Source of the DNA: Thermomicrobiales bacterium
Lineage (GTDB): Bacteria > Chloroflexota > Chloroflexia > Thermomicrobiales > UBA6265
Assembly: GCA_020432165.1 (NCBI GenBank)
Contig: JAGQGU010000003.1
Coordinates: 4,357 to 68,356 of the forward strand
Direction of reading: 5' to 3'
Length of the DNA: 64,000 nucleotides
The notes beneath the pieces were generated by a model, which saw nothing but the letters and a program-made list of their open reading frames with translations, had not been told where the DNA came from and made no database searches. The position numbers and the translations under genes were made by a program. The number at the start of each line of letters is the position of its first letter. The stretch's first letter is position 1. Shown piece by piece: positions 16,138 to 27,326 of this stretch.

Positions 16138-17799
16138 ATGAGTCAGGCCACGCAGGTCTTCGGACGCACGCCCACCACGCCATCATCTGAACCCGAGGAA
16201 CACGCCGGTATCGTCGCATCCGGCAGTGGCATGATGCGCAGCGCCGCATTTGTAGCCATTGCGTATGTGCTAAGTCGTATCCTGGGGCTTCTGCGGGAAA
16301 TGATCCTTGCCCGTCAGTTCGGCACCAGCCCGGACATGGATGCATACGTTATCGCGTTCAGGATTCCGGACCTGCTCTTTCTTGTGGTCATGAGTGGCGC
16401 GTTCGGTGCGGCATTCATCCCGGTCTTTGCCGGCTTCATTGATAAGGGAGAACGCGACAAGGCCTCGCGGCTGGCATCCTCCATCCTCACCTGGACCGGA
16501 ATTGGTGTGTTGGTTCTCTGCGCCGTTGCATTCGTTCTGGCTGATCCGCTCACAACTCTCGTCGCTTGGGGCTATGACGATTACACGCACGATCTCACCG
16601 TCGAGCTTATGCGCCCCTTGCTTCTCAGCCCGGTTTTCCTCGGTCTGGCGATTGCGTGCAAGGGCATTCTGGAAGCGCAGAATCTCTTTACCCTCCCCGC
16701 TTTTGCGCCGGTACTCTATAACATCACCATCATCATTGGCGCGGCGTTCTTCACCGATCGCTATGGCATTAAGGCGGTCGTTTGGGCCGTCATTATCGGC
16801 GCGCTGCTGCAGTTATTCTTGCAGGCACCAGCCGTTGTACGAACCGGCCTTGCGCTCAAGCCCACGCTTGATCGCACGGTAGAAGGCTTGAGTGAAGTTC
16901 TCAGGCTCCTTGGACCACGTGTACTCGGCCTGGCGGCATTCCAGCTCAACTTCATCTTCGTTAGCGCATTTGCGTCGACCCTGGGGCCACAATACGTCTC
17001 TGGTCTGAACTACGCCTGGTTACTGCTGATGTTGCCGCATGGCGTGTTGGCGTTGAGCATGAGCACGGTTGCGTTCCCCAGCCTGGCAGCGCTCTACAAT
17101 CGCGGCGATCAGGAGGGATTCGGCCGGTTGATGGATCGCACCATGCGTCCCCTGCTCTTCCTCAGCATTCCGGCGAGTGTCGCCCTGCTCATGATCGGCC
17201 GCGAAGTCATCATGATCATCTTCGAAGGCGGGCGTTTCACTTCGGAGAGTACCGATATCGTGGCAGGTGCCTTCCGATGGTTCGCTCTGGGATTGGTTGG
17301 ATATGGGCTCGCCGAGATCGTGACCCGGGTCTTTTACGCCATGAAAGACACCGTCACGCCAGTCATTACCGGCATTCTCACCGTGATTCTGAATGTGATT
17401 ATGTGCAAGCTGCTGATGGGTTCACTGCAAGCCGAGGGACTGGCAATATCGCTCAGCATCACCACGGCCTGCGAAGCGATCATTATGATGCTCTTCCTCC
17501 GCTATCGCACCGGCCAGATCTTCAGCGATGGCTTCTTCATGTGGCTGATGCGCACACTCGGTGCGACTCTGGTGATGGGAATCGTTATCGGTATCTCTCG
17601 TCCGTGGCTGGCCGATGTGCTCAACTCCGACACCAGCTTCATTATTCATGTCATCTACTTCGCCATCTGCTTTGGACTCTACGGAGCCACCTTTGTCTGG
17701 GCAGCATGGCTCTTCCGGATTCCGGAACTAATGGCAATACTGAACCGGATTGAAGGCATGATTCCCGCGAGCATCCGGGCACGAATTCCGGGGATGTAG
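16138..17799 (+). CDS. murJ: Lipid II flippase MurJ/MviN
   Basis: SRILGLLREMILARQFGTSPDMDAYVIAFRIPDLLF is the typical MurJ N-terminus, with about 14 TM segments. ATG 16138 is chosen over the track start at 16039, which overlaps the divergent gene. Confidence 0.9.
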   Translation: MSQATQVFGRTPTTPSSEPEEHAGIVASGSGMMRSAAFVAIAYVLSRILGLLREMILARQFGTSPDMDAYVIAFRIPDLLFLVVMSGAFGAAFIPVFAGFIDKGERDKASRLASSILTWTGIGVLVLCAVAFVLADPLTTLVAWGYDDYTHDLTVELMRPLLLSPVFLGLAIACKGILEAQNLFTLPAFAPVLYNITIIIGAAFFTDRYGIKAVVWAVIIGALLQLFLQAPAVVRTGLALKPTLDRTVEGLSEVLRLLGPRVLGLAAFQLNFIFVSAFASTLGPQYVSGLNYAWLLLMLPHGVLALSMSTVAFPSLAALYNRGDQEGFGRLMDRTMRPLLFLSIPASVALLMIGREVIMIIFEGGRFTSESTDIVAGAFRWFALGLVGYGLAEIVTRVFYAMKDTVTPVITGILTVILNVIMCKLLMGSLQAEGLAISLSITTACEAIIMMLFLRYRTGQIFSDGFFMWLMRTLGATLVMGIVIGISRPWLADVLNSDTSFIIHVIYFAICFGLYGATFVWAAWLFRIPELMAILNRIEGMIPASIRARIPGM

Positions 17800-17832
17800 A
17801 AACGGCCAGGCATGATGACCTGGCCGTTTCTT
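17800..17832. terminator. Bidirectional terminator hairpin
   Basis: AAACGGCCAGG-catgatga-CCTGGCCGTTTCTT between convergent murJ and the anti-sigma gene. Confidence 0.6.
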
Positions 17833-17836
17833 CACG

Positions 17837-18922
17837 TTACGCTCTGACCACTTGCCAATCGACACCGATAACGATCCATTGCCCGTTCGGGAATTTCTGG
17901 ATCAGTAGGTACCGAGGTTTGATATTGCTAGCGCCTCCTTGATCAACTGTATTCATCTCAACAACAGCAAGCTGACCCTCAAATTCGGGGAATACCCATA
18001 CTCCGGAATCACCCGATAGTGACCGCAATTCGACAGGTGGCGAGCCTACATCTTCTAGCGTCGTAAATGATGCGTTCCGGTTCTTTGAATATGGTTGGGG
18101 ACCAAGCTCTGTGATCACCTTGAGGACATCGGCCTCGGTTCGAAACACAGGATAGTAAGCCAAAAGCTCTCCCTGAACCAATTCTGGTGCCATCAATCCC
18201 CATACCTGGTACGACGTGCCGTACAACAGACAGTTCCAAAATTGGTCCGCAGCTTCCTTGGTTTCGGAGATCGGCGTATCAGTCTCCGTAGCCGAAACCA
18301 TCATGGAGAGATCGATAGCGGAGATCGCTGAGGAGCGCGGCTGCTCTGAAAACGTCCAGGGTTCGTCACTATAAGTGGCTTCAGGTTCACCAGTATCGGG
18401 CTCATGACTCAGACGCGCGTAGCCACGTTCTGGACCTTTCACCATGTTCATCACTTCATCTGCTGTGAGCGGCTCAGCGGTACACGAGTTTGCGATGGCG
18501 GTGGCCATTGGGGTGCTCACCAAAGGAGCATAGGCGATATTGTTGTCGTCCTTGACCAATGGCCCTGAGGGATGGATGGTCATGCGGAATGAGACGATAA
18601 CCAGAGCAATCGCTAATCCCGTAACCGCAACAGCCCACCAGCGTGATGCCTGGGCTAACGGAGTTCGCGTCGGTATACCAAGAGTCGTATCCACGGTTAG
18701 GCTCCTCTCATTCGCCGCCGACTTCAGGCGGCTTGCTAGATCCGGCCCGAATGCGCTCGGATCTGCAGTTTCCGACCGCATCTTCATTCCCGCGATATCT
18801 TTCATCACCCGGTCTTTGACGCGCTCAGATGGCATATCGGCTCTTTCCGTACGCCGGTGAGCACGATCAAACGCCGTGCCAAACATCTCGATGAAGCTTT
18901 CAGTTGAATCGAGATGGCTCAT
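17837..18922 (-). CDS. Putative anti-sigma factor (single-pass membrane protein with large extracytoplasmic domain)
   Basis: Start overlaps the ECF sigma stop by 4 nt (18919-18922). One TM segment (WWAVAVTGLAIALVIVSF). Position and topology are typical of anti-sigma factors. Confidence 0.55.
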   Translation of the reverse strand: MSHLDSTESFIEMFGTAFDRAHRRTERADMPSERVKDRVMKDIAGMKMRSETADPSAFGPDLASRLKSAANERSLTVDTTLGIPTRTPLAQASRWWAVAVTGLAIALVIVSFRMTIHPSGPLVKDDNNIAYAPLVSTPMATAIANSCTAEPLTADEVMNMVKGPERGYARLSHEPDTGEPEATYSDEPWTFSEQPRSSAISAIDLSMMVSATETDTPISETKEAADQFWNCLLYGTSYQVWGLMAPELVQGELLAYYPVFRTEADVLKVITELGPQPYSKNRNASFTTLEDVGSPPVELRSLSGDSGVWVFPEFEGQLAVVEMNTVDQGGASNIKPRYLLIQKFPNGQWIVIGVDWQVVRA

Positions 18923-19575
18923 AGTGCTTCTCCCTTCGATACAAGTCGGCGACGAATATTGGCGTAGGCGCGAACCTGAGAAGACTTGACGGCCGAGATG
19001 GAAAGATCCATGGCAGCAGCAATCTCGTTCGTGGAGAGACCCGCCAGGCGCAACTCGACGATGGTGCGATGTTTCTCGTTGAGTCGCTCCAGCAAATGCC
19101 GTAACTCCTCCATCTGCATCCGCGCCAACACCAGCTCTTCAGGACCAGGATCGGCATCGACAATATTGGTGATCTCCGCGAAGAGCGGAAGCTCGCGCCG
19201 GTGTCGACGCCAGTGATCCCGAACGGTGTTGCGGACCACGACGAACAGCCAGGCTCGAAAGCTGCCCTCATCCTGAGGTCGGTACTGATGCAATCGCTCA
19301 TAGACCGTCAGAAATGAGCGTGCAGCCAGGTCTTCCGCCACATCCACGCTGCCCACCGCCCGGTAGCACATGCGATAAACCGGCCGGATATACCGCTCGT
19401 ACAAAACAGAGAAACACTCCGAATCCTTGAGCACCGCGACAACGAGTTCATCGTCATTGAGCAGACGAAGATCCGATTCATTCATGCGGTCTTCATTGGC
19501 GGCATACACACGCGTCTCCTCTCCTCTCGCGCAGTACAACGCGGATCGTCGAGAATTAGTGGCGGTTTTCTTCAA
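18919..19575 (-). CDS. ECF-type RNA polymerase sigma-70 family factor
   Basis: Region 2 (FRAWLFVVVRNTVRDHWRR) and region 4 (LSTNEIAAAMDLSISAVKSSQVRA) are present. The start may be the internal ATG at 19485 (MNESDLRLL). Confidence 0.85.
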   Translation of the reverse strand: MKKTATNSRRSALYCARGEETRVYAANEDRMNESDLRLLNDDELVVAVLKDSECFSVLYERYIRPVYRMCYRAVGSVDVAEDLAARSFLTVYERLHQYRPQDEGSFRAWLFVVVRNTVRDHWRRHRRELPLFAEITNIVDADPGPEELVLARMQMEELRHLLERLNEKHRTIVELRLAGLSTNEIAAAMDLSISAVKSSQVRAYANIRRRLVSKGEAL

Positions 19576-19707
19576 AAGTGCTGAAGCATACCCGAATTTC
19601 CACGAAAACAGACTGAACTGGCTATACTTAGACGGTTATCTGCGGAGGCTTGCCTGCCGCACACGCTTTTGGCTGCCTTCTGATAGATACGGACTGAACC
19701 TCTTCGC

Positions 19708-21546
19708 ATGACCAGCCCAATTGACACGAGTCACATTCGCAATTTCAGCATCATCGCGCATATCGACCATGGCAAATCGACCCTGGCCGATCGTTTGTTG
19801 CAGGCAACCGGCACGGTCTCCGAGCGCGATCTGCACGAACAAATGCTGGATTCAATGGATCTGGAGCGCGAAAAAGGCATCACCATTAAGGCGCGGGCCG
19901 TGCGTATGCCCTACACTGCGCGCGATGGCCAGACCTACGAACTCAATCTCATCGATACCCCCGGCCATGTGGACTTCAGCTATGAAGTTAGTCGCAGTCT
20001 CGCCGCCTGCGAAGGTGCGCTGCTGGTGGTTGATGCCGCGCAAGGTATCGAGGCGCAGACGATGGCCAACGTCTATCTCGCGCTCGAACATGAGCTGGCG
20101 ATGATCGCGGTCATCAACAAGATCGATCTGCCGAACGCCGATCCCGAGCGCGTTGGCAAGGAAGTCGGCGACTTCATCGGTCTGATCGATGACGAGATCA
20201 TTCCCGCCAGCGCCAAGACTGGTCAGGGCGTGCCGGATATCCTGGAAGCAGTGGTCAAGTACATCCCGGCTCCAAACAATGAGGGGGCTAATCAACCACT
20301 CCGCGCGCTTATCTTCGACAGCCATTACGATGCCTTCAAGGGCGTGATCGCCTACGTGAAGGTGGTCGACGGCGAACTACATACCGATCAGCGCATCCGC
20401 ATTATGGGTACGAACAAGCATGCTGATATTCTGGAAATCGGCTGCTTTAGTCCCAATATGACAGCGGTGGATGTCCTGCGGACCGGCGAGGTCGGCTATA
20501 TCGCTACCGGCCTGAAGGTGGTGAAGGATGTACAGGTTGGCGATACGATCACGCTTTTCGATCATCCTGCTACCAAACCGCTCCCCGGATATCAGCCAGC
20601 CAAGGCGATGGTCTTCGCGGGACTTTATCCGGTCGATTCCGAAGCATTCCCCGATCTGCGCGATGCGCTGGAGCGACTGCAACTCAACGATGCCAGTCTG
20701 ACCTATGAGGCCGAAAGCTCGGCTGCACTCGGCTTCGGGTTCCGCTGCGGCTTCCTCGGCTTGCTCCATATGGAGATCATTCAGGAGCGACTCGAGCGCG
20801 AGTTCGATCTCGATCTGCTCGCAACCGCTCCGAGTGTGGAATACGAAGTCCAGCTCAATAGTGGCGAAGTTCGCAGAATCGACAATCCCTCGGATATGCC
20901 GGACTTTGGTCATATTTCCGAGATCCGCGAACCGTGGATGCATCTCAGCATCATCGCTCCCAGCCGCTATATCGGCACGATCATGGATCTGACCACGAAC
21001 AAGCGCGCGATCCCGGGCGATATGATCTATCTGGACGAAGATCGCGTGCAGCTGAAATACGATATCCCGCTGGCGGAGTTGATCGTGGAGTTCTACGACC
21101 AACTCAAGAGTCGCACCCAGGGGTACGCCAGCCTGGATTACCAATACGCAGATATGCGCGCGGCCGATCTGGTGAAGCTGGATGTGTTGGTAAACGGTCA
21201 GAGTGTGGATGCGCTCAGCATGATCTGCCACAAGGACGATGCCTACTACAAGGGTCGTGAGTTGGTGCAGGCACTGCGTAAGCTGATCCCGCGGCAGATG
21301 TTCGATGTGCCGATTCAGGCCAGCATCGGCAGCCGCATCATCAGTCGCGAGACTGTCAAGGCCATGCGCAAGAATGTGCTGGCCAAGTGCTACGGTGGCG
21401 ATGTCAGCCGCAAGCGCAAGCTTTTGGAGAAGCAGAAGGAAGGCAAGGCCCGCATGAAGATGGTGGGCAGTGTCGAAATTCCGCAGGAAGCATTCATGGC
21501 GGTTCTTAGCCTTGGTAGCAGCGCCGATAAGGCGGAAAAGAAATGA
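19708..21546 (+). CDS. lepA: Translation elongation factor 4 (LepA)
   Basis: [35 protein letters not shown], and the LepA-specific C-terminus. Confidence 0.97.
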   Translation: MTSPIDTSHIRNFSIIAHIDHGKSTLADRLLQATGTVSERDLHEQMLDSMDLEREKGITIKARAVRMPYTARDGQTYELNLIDTPGHVDFSYEVSRSLAACEGALLVVDAAQGIEAQTMANVYLALEHELAMIAVINKIDLPNADPERVGKEVGDFIGLIDDEIIPASAKTGQGVPDILEAVVKYIPAPNNEGANQPLRALIFDSHYDAFKGVIAYVKVVDGELHTDQRIRIMGTNKHADILEIGCFSPNMTAVDVLRTGEVGYIATGLKVVKDVQVGDTITLFDHPATKPLPGYQPAKAMVFAGLYPVDSEAFPDLRDALERLQLNDASLTYEAESSAALGFGFRCGFLGLLHMEIIQERLEREFDLDLLATAPSVEYEVQLNSGEVRRIDNPSDMPDFGHISEIREPWMHLSIIAPSRYIGTIMDLTTNKRAIPGDMIYLDEDRVQLKYDIPLAELIVEFYDQLKSRTQGYASLDYQYADMRAADLVKLDVLVNGQSVDALSMICHKDDAYYKGRELVQALRKLIPRQMFDVPIQASIGSRIISRETVKAMRKNVLAKCYGGDVSRKRKLLEKQKEGKARMKMVGSVEIPQEAFMAVLSLGSSADKAEKK

Positions 21547-22871
21547 CAGCCGATATCACTATTGTCGGACTCGGTCCGGGTTCGGCGGATCTACGTACCG
21601 CACGAGCGCAACACGCGCTGGATGCCGCACGGGTTATCTTTATCCGCGATCATGAGGGTACGAATTTCACAGATATCCTGTCGCGCCCTCATACCATCGA
21701 TCTCGCATCCTACCGCGCAGGAGCCACCGACAGAGATAGCCGCTGGCGTAGCTCGGCACAGGCCGTGGTCGATGAAGCCACCAACGGACCGGTCGTGGTT
21801 GCCGTTCCCGGGCACCCACGATATGGGGAGCTACTGGTAATCGACATTGTCGCATTGGCGCAAGAGCTAGGTCTCACTGTCGAGATTCTCGATGGCCTGT
21901 CGATGATTGATCTTCTCTGCACCGCGCTGGATATCGATCCGGTACGGCAGCGCGTGCAGCTTATGGACGGTCGCGATACCTCGCTGATCCAGAACGATGC
22001 GCCATTCGATGGCGGAGAACTCAACACTTCGCCGCGTTTGCCCATGCTGATCACTCATGTCTATAGCAACGAGATCATGCGTATGCTCAGCCAACAGCTG
22101 CTTCGCATTCTCCCGGGAGACCATCCGCTTACCGTGATCTCCCATGCCGGGTTGCCAGAGCAATCCCAACAGAGCCTGACACTGGCAGATCTGGCCAATC
22201 ACCCGGGTGGTCCGATGCTCGGTATCTATATTCCCGGGCTTGATGAACTCACCGCCACCCGCGCCGCCAACTCGCTGCAACACATCATGGCCAGACTCCG
22301 TCGTGAGGATGGCTGTCCGTGGGATCGCAAGCAGACGAACGCGTCCCTCGCACCAACGCTAGCCGACGAGGTCTATGAGATTGTCGACGCCATCAACATT
22401 GGGGATGACGCCAATCTGTGCGAGGAGCTCGGCGATCTGCTGATGTTGATCATGATGCACGCCCAGATCGCGGAAGAGCGCAATGCCTTTACACTGGAAG
22501 ACGTTTATCACGGCATCGTGACCAAGATCGTCCGGCGTCATCCACACGTCTTCGGCGATGATGCCGCAGCCAATGCCGAGGAAGTTGTGGGACTCTGGCA
22601 GCGGGTGAAGGCCGAAGAGAAGAAGACCTCCACCAAGCCGGAGAAAGCGGCCGATGGTCAGCCACACAGCATGCCCGGGCTCGATCGCGCGGTGCGGGTG
22701 CTGAAGAAGCATCCGGTGGATACACCCGAATCAACAGCAGATGCACGTCAGCAGGCGCTCTTCGCAGCTGTGGCCGCTGTCGTTGCTGCTGGCGACGATC
22801 CCAACGAAGTCTTGAAAGACGCACTCACTGATCATGTCACTGCTGGCGATGTTGCCAGCGACCGGAGGTAG
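21543..22871 (+). CDS. YabN-like bifunctional protein (tetrapyrrole-methylase-family domain plus MazG NTP pyrophosphohydrolase domain)
   Basis: N-terminal [15 protein letters not shown] (TP-methylase fold). C-terminal MazG-like region (CPWDRKQT..., EEVYE..DAI, ELGDLL, RHPHVF). Overlaps the lepA stop by 4 nt. Confidence 0.8.
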   Translation: MTADITIVGLGPGSADLRTARAQHALDAARVIFIRDHEGTNFTDILSRPHTIDLASYRAGATDRDSRWRSSAQAVVDEATNGPVVVAVPGHPRYGELLVIDIVALAQELGLTVEILDGLSMIDLLCTALDIDPVRQRVQLMDGRDTSLIQNDAPFDGGELNTSPRLPMLITHVYSNEIMRMLSQQLLRILPGDHPLTVISHAGLPEQSQQSLTLADLANHPGGPMLGIYIPGLDELTATRAANSLQHIMARLRREDGCPWDRKQTNASLAPTLADEVYEIVDAINIGDDANLCEELGDLLMLIMMHAQIAEERNAFTLEDVYHGIVTKIVRRHPHVFGDDAAANAEEVVGLWQRVKAEEKKTSTKPEKAADGQPHSMPGLDRAVRVLKKHPVDTPESTADARQQALFAAVAAVVAAGDDPNEVLKDALTDHVTAGDVASDRR

Positions 22872-22873
22872 GA

Positions 22874-24667
22874 ATGTACGCTATCGATGTTCAGCCAGAA
22901 GTAACCGGCCGTATTACCTGTGGCTCGCTTCGCGCCGATAATGCCGGCGAGCATGTGACGCTAAAGGGTTGGGTGAATCGACGACGAGATCTGGGTGGAC
23001 TCATCTTCATCGATCTGCGCGACCGCTTTGGCATCACCCAGGTCGTCTTCAATCCGGAAGTCGATGCTGCTGCCCACGAGATCGCCAACAAACTGCGCAA
23101 CGAGTATGTGGTCGAAGTGCAGGGCATCGTTAATCATCGGCCTGAAGGGACCATCAACCCGAAGATGGTTACCGGCGAGATTGAGGTGGAGGCGCACCAC
23201 ATCGCCATTCTCAACGAGAGCAAGACCCCACCCTTCTATATCAATGAAGATGGGGATTACGATGAGGCAGTGCGTCTCAAGTATCGCTATCTGGATCTGC
23301 GCCGCCCGAGCATGCAGCAGATCGTACTCCTGCGTCATCGCATTGTGAAATTCATGCGCGATTTTCTCGATGAGCGTGGTTTCGTCGAGGTGGAAACGCC
23401 GCTACTGATCCGCTCCACGCCAGAGGGTGCACGCGATTTTCTTGTCCCCTCCTCCGCGCAACCGGGCGAGTTCTATGCGTTGCCGCAGAGTCCGCAGATC
23501 CTGAAGCAGTTGCTGATGGTGAGCGGACTGGATCGCTATTTCCAGATCGCCCGCTGCTTCCGCGATGAGGCGCAGCGTGCTGATCGACAGCCAGAGTTCA
23601 CCCAGCTCGATATCGAGATGAGCTTCATCAAACCAGACGATCTCATGGATCTGATGGAAACGCTGATGATCGAAATCACCGAGCGCTATACCGAGCGCCA
23701 GATTATGCAAAAACCTTTCCCGCGTATGACCTATCACGAAGCGATGGACAAGTACGGCAATGACCGACCCGATCTCCGCTTCGGGATGCAGCTGCAGAAT
23801 GTTGGCGCAGCGCTCCAGAACACCGAGTTCAAGGCGTTTGCCGGTGTGCTCGCCGCAGGAGGCGAAGTGAAAGCTATTGTCGTACCTGGTTGCGCCGACT
23901 ATACCCGCAAGCAGATAGACGAGATCACCGAAATCGCCAAGGCAAACGGGGCCAAGGGTCTGGCAACGATTCAGTTGACTGCCGATGGTCTCAAGAGCCC
24001 GATCGCCAAGTTCCTCAGCGAGGATGAGCAGGTTGCCCTCACAACCGGTATCGGTGCTGGCGAGGGTGATCTTGTACTCATGATCGCTGATCAGCCAGCA
24101 GTCGTCGCCAAAGCACTTTCGGCGCTGCGTGACGAGTTTGGCAAGCGCCTGAACCTGACCGATCCGAACGTGATGGCCTACGCCTGGGTGGTCGAGTTCC
24201 CGCTCCTCGATTGGGATGAAGAGGGCCAGCGCTGGGATGCCACTCATAATCCGTTCTGCGGTTACTTCGAGGAGGACGAGCATTTGCTGGAGAGCGATCC
24301 TGGCAACATCCGTTCGAAGCAGTACGATCTTGTCGCAAATGGCAATGAGCTCGGCGGCGGTTCCGTACGTAATCACAAACGCAGCCAGCAGGAGAAGGTT
24401 TTTGGTCTGATGGGTCTGAGTCCGGAGATTCAGGAGGATCGCTTCGGCAGCATCCTGACCGCACTAGAGTATGGCGCCCCGCCGCATGGTGGCATCGCCT
24501 TCGGCCTAGACCGCACCGTGATGTTGCTGGCGGGCGAGGAAAGCATCCGCGATGTCATCGCCTTCCCGAAAAACAACCGCGGTGTGGATGTGATGTTCGA
24601 GGCGCCAGCACCGGTCGAAACCGAGCAACTGGACGATCTTGGACTGGTACTGAAACCGAAGCAATAG
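22874..24667 (+). CDS. aspS: Aspartyl-tRNA synthetase
   Basis: 597 aa with an OB-fold N-terminus (GWVNRRRDLGGLIFIDLRD) and class II motifs (FRDE..R, GGGSVR, GLDR). Confidence 0.96.
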   Translation: MYAIDVQPEVTGRITCGSLRADNAGEHVTLKGWVNRRRDLGGLIFIDLRDRFGITQVVFNPEVDAAAHEIANKLRNEYVVEVQGIVNHRPEGTINPKMVTGEIEVEAHHIAILNESKTPPFYINEDGDYDEAVRLKYRYLDLRRPSMQQIVLLRHRIVKFMRDFLDERGFVEVETPLLIRSTPEGARDFLVPSSAQPGEFYALPQSPQILKQLLMVSGLDRYFQIARCFRDEAQRADRQPEFTQLDIEMSFIKPDDLMDLMETLMIEITERYTERQIMQKPFPRMTYHEAMDKYGNDRPDLRFGMQLQNVGAALQNTEFKAFAGVLAAGGEVKAIVVPGCADYTRKQIDEITEIAKANGAKGLATIQLTADGLKSPIAKFLSEDEQVALTTGIGAGEGDLVLMIADQPAVVAKALSALRDEFGKRLNLTDPNVMAYAWVVEFPLLDWDEEGQRWDATHNPFCGYFEEDEHLLESDPGNIRSKQYDLVANGNELGGGSVRNHKRSQQEKVFGLMGLSPEIQEDRFGSILTALEYGAPPHGGIAFGLDRTVMLLAGEESIRDVIAFPKNNRGVDVMFEAPAPVETEQLDDLGLVLKPKQ

Positions 24668-24680
24668 CGTCATCCCCAGC

Positions 24681-24705
24681 GTAGCCCCGTGGTTGATCCA
24701 CGGGG
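24681..24705 (+). repeat. REP-like element
   Basis: GTAG followed by CCCCGTGG-TTGAT-CCACGGGG. Confidence 0.5.
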
Positions 24706-24747
24706 TCATCCAACCGGGCCAGATATCGGTGGTCCTCAATCATCCGC

Positions 24748-24775
24748 GTAGGGGCGGATCCTGTAAGGTATCCGC
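24748..24775 (+). repeat. REP-like element
   Basis: GTAGGG followed by GCGGATcC-TGTAAG-GtATCCGC. Confidence 0.5.
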
Positions 24776-24904
24776 TGTCATTCCGATGCCGCAGGCGAGG
24801 AATCAGCCGAACGATTGGTATCGTGGCCACTCAAGGTATCGACGGCTCCGCTACCGATGATCTACTATCACTCGCAAAATCGTTGGGGATGAGTCCCCGA
24901 CCGA

Positions 24905-24930
24905 CCCCGGGGGGTCAACCCCGGGGCTAC
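24905..24930 (-). repeat. REP-like element
   Basis: Minus strand: GTAG followed by CCCCGGGG-TTGACC-CCCCGGGG. Confidence 0.5.
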
Positions 24931-24961
24931 GTCTGCGAGATGAGCGCCCGGGCTACGAAGG

Positions 24962-25342
24962 CTAATCGAAAATCGCGACCACGCCACCGACCGGGTCCTG
25001 AATCACCGCATACTTGCTGGTTCCCATTTCCCGGACCTCGCCGATGACCTTACCACCTCCTGCGAGCACACCAGCTACCGATTCATCCACGCTGGCTACC
25101 CGAAAACAGACAACCCATTGATTCGCGGGTTGGTTAACATTGGGTCCGCGCAAGTAGCAGACTCCCGCAGCTGGTTCACCATCTGACGTCATCATCATAT
25201 AGTCGTCGTAGTCGCCCATCGCGACGGGGCTTGGTTGCCACCCCATGACACTGGAGTAAAAATCGCGTAACTCGTCGGCATGTTCTGTCGTGATATCTGC
25301 ACTGATGATACTGCCGACCGGCGGCGGGGTATAATCGCTCAT
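24962..25342 (-). CDS. VOC (glyoxalase/bleomycin-resistance) family protein
   Basis: 126 aa, single VOC-fold-like pattern (…FYSSVMGW…, …AVIQDPVGGVVAIFD). Confidence 0.7.
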   Translation of the reverse strand: MSDYTPPPVGSIISADITTEHADELRDFYSSVMGWQPSPVAMGDYDDYMMMTSDGEPAAGVCYLRGPNVNQPANQWVVCFRVASVDESVAGVLAGGGKVIGEVREMGTSKYAVIQDPVGGVVAIFD

Positions 25343-25492
25343 CGAAAACTCCCTCTCTATCGTGATGGTTGCTGATTTACTCTAGCGTAAAGACGCCAAA
25401 TTCGATACTGGCTCTGTTGCCGATGCAATCACGATGGAGAATGGCGATAGTCAATATCCTGGCCAATTGTCGAGAGAGTTCGGGAGATAGCC

Positions 25493-25846
25493 GTGACAGT
25501 AAACGACCATGACACCTACATCGCCGCAGCACCGGAGGCTTTCCAGCCATCGCTGAGAAGGCTACGTGAGATCTTGCGCGACGCATTGCCGGAAGCAGAA
25601 GAGATCGTGGCTTACAACATGCCGGGGTTCAAGATCGGCGATGTGATCGTCGCGGGTTACGCAGCATTCAGCAAGCAGTGTGGGTTGTATCTCCAGCCTG
25701 GCGCCATCTCGGAACACGCTGAGGAAATCGCTGCCGCTGGCTTCAAACCCACCAAGACCGGTATCACCTTCTCACCGCGCAAACCGATCCCGGATGATCT
25801 TGTTATCCGACTGGCGCGGGCATCGCGGAAGGCTGCCGAGGCATGA
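25493..25846 (+). CDS. DUF1801 (YdhG-like) domain protein
   Basis: DTYIAAAPEAFQPSLRRLREILRDALPEAEEIVAYNMPGFK... matches the DUF1801 pattern. GTG start. Confidence 0.7.
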   Translation: MTVNDHDTYIAAAPEAFQPSLRRLREILRDALPEAEEIVAYNMPGFKIGDVIVAGYAAFSKQCGLYLQPGAISEHAEEIAAAGFKPTKTGITFSPRKPIPDDLVIRLARASRKAAEA

Positions 25847-25962
25847 CGGTGTTATCGGGTCGGTGACACCTGAGGTCATCATCTTGCTATCTCATTCTCG
25901 TTAACCCGTCCCATTCACTCTGGCGCTGGAGTTGCGTAGCGCCTACTTTGGTGATAATCTAA

Positions 25963-25980
25963 CTTCGATATTCATCGAAG
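25963..25980. promoter_or_regulatory. Candidate ArsR-family operator
   Basis: CTTCGAT-ATTC-ATCGAAG perfect 7-bp inverted repeat overlapping the RBS of the ArsR-like gene. Confidence 0.35.
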
Positions 25981-25989
25981 GAGTATCTC

Positions 25990-26631
25990 ATGGTGGACAA
26001 CACAACAATCCAGGGCCGGGTCATTATGCTCAAGGCGATAGCCGACGAAACCCGACTACGAATTCTGGGGCTGCTTGCGGAGGAGCCGAGAACCGGCAAA
26101 CAGTTGGCAGACGCCCTCCAACTTACCGCGCCCACTATCAGCCATCACATGCGTCGGCTCATAGATGTTGGAGTGGTAATGGAGGAGCGTGATGCCCAGC
26201 GGCACATCTATGCGCTGAATGGAGCTTTACTCCGATCAGTCCGCTCCGAGGCCACAGAGGAATCAGTCAAGGCCAATAGTGAGCGTGCCCGGGTAATGAA
26301 GCATTTCTTCAAGGATGGGAAGCTGACCACTATCCCTGCCAATCGCAAGCAACGCGTGCATGTACTGCACTACCTGCTGGAACAGTTCGAACCGGGTCGG
26401 CAGTATCCGGAAAAAGAAGTGAACAAGATCCTGACCGCGTTCAACGAGGACTACGCCACGCTACGGCGGGAGTTGGTCAACTATGGCTATCTGAATCGTG
26501 ACAAGGGGATCTATCAGGTAGCGACGTCGCTCCCAAAACGTTCACGCAACCTGCAGCAGGAATTGCCTGCTAATGAGGCCGACTGGTTGCGTGCGCTCAT
26601 ATCGGCCTCAATCATGATCAAGGCTGACTAG
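25990..26631 (+). CDS. ArsR-family HTH regulator fused to a DUF2087-like C-terminal domain
   Basis: LKAIADETRLRILGLLAEEPRTGKQLADALQLTAPTISHHMRRL (ArsR HTH). The C-terminus FFKDGKLTTIPANRKQR...ATLRRELVNYGYL is DUF2087-like. Confidence 0.8.
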   Translation: MVDNTTIQGRVIMLKAIADETRLRILGLLAEEPRTGKQLADALQLTAPTISHHMRRLIDVGVVMEERDAQRHIYALNGALLRSVRSEATEESVKANSERARVMKHFFKDGKLTTIPANRKQRVHVLHYLLEQFEPGRQYPEKEVNKILTAFNEDYATLRRELVNYGYLNRDKGIYQVATSLPKRSRNLQQELPANEADWLRALISASIMIKAD

Positions 26632-26637
26632 GAAGTT

Positions 26638-26661
26638 GGTGCCCATAAAGGGCACCACTAC
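26638..26661 (-). repeat. REP element, core subfamily
   Basis: Minus strand: GTAG-T-GGTGCCC-TTTAT-GGGCACC. Near-identical to 45472-45495. Confidence 0.65.
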
Positions 26662-26698
26662 CGATATCTGCCCGTTGTCTCCGCCATCAGGCAGAAGG

Positions 26699-27250
26699 CT
26701 ATTTCGCCCGAAGTCTGACTTCGGCAACCAATTGATCCAGCAATGTCTGTGCTGATTCGTTCTTGCGCTCGTTGGGTTTGACGGTGCCATCGGCTTCAAA
26801 ATCGGTAAAGCCATTGAGTCCAACCTGGGCGCGGAGATCGAACATCGAGAAGTTGGCCAGAATCTGTCGCCACTGCTCGATTGCGCGCGAGCCATCGACA
26901 GATCCGTAGCCAACAAAGCCAACCGGCTTGTTCACCCACTCCGGGGCGATGCTATCGACCGCATTCTTGAAGGCACCGGGTACACCATGGTTGTACTCGG
27001 CAGTCACGAAGACAAATCCGTCGCAGGCATCAATCGCTTCACTCCAGGCCCGAACGTTTTCGCTCTCATATTGGCGCTTCGCCATCATCGGGTGAACTGG
27101 TGATGTGAGTAATGGGACATCAAAGGATTTCAGATCAATCAGCACATACTCCGCATCGTCGCGGGTTTTGGTCTGCTCCTGCATCCACTCACCGACGTGG
27201 ATACCCTTGCGACCTTCACGAATAGAACCAACCACAATACCAATCTTCAT
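26699..27250 (-). CDS. NAD(P)H-dependent FMN reductase family oxidoreductase
   Basis: MKIGIVVGSIREGRKG..., FVFVTAEYNHGVPGAFKNAVD. Confidence 0.85.
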   Translation of the reverse strand: MKIGIVVGSIREGRKGIHVGEWMQEQTKTRDDAEYVLIDLKSFDVPLLTSPVHPMMAKRQYESENVRAWSEAIDACDGFVFVTAEYNHGVPGAFKNAVDSIAPEWVNKPVGFVGYGSVDGSRAIEQWRQILANFSMFDLRAQVGLNGFTDFEADGTVKPNERKNESAQTLLDQLVAEVRLRAK

Positions 27251-27326
27251 CTACGTCACTCCTGTCAGACCGCGATTGCGGTACGCTTTTCCTTGATGAC
27301 TGTAGCATTCTCGAAAGGACCCTGGC

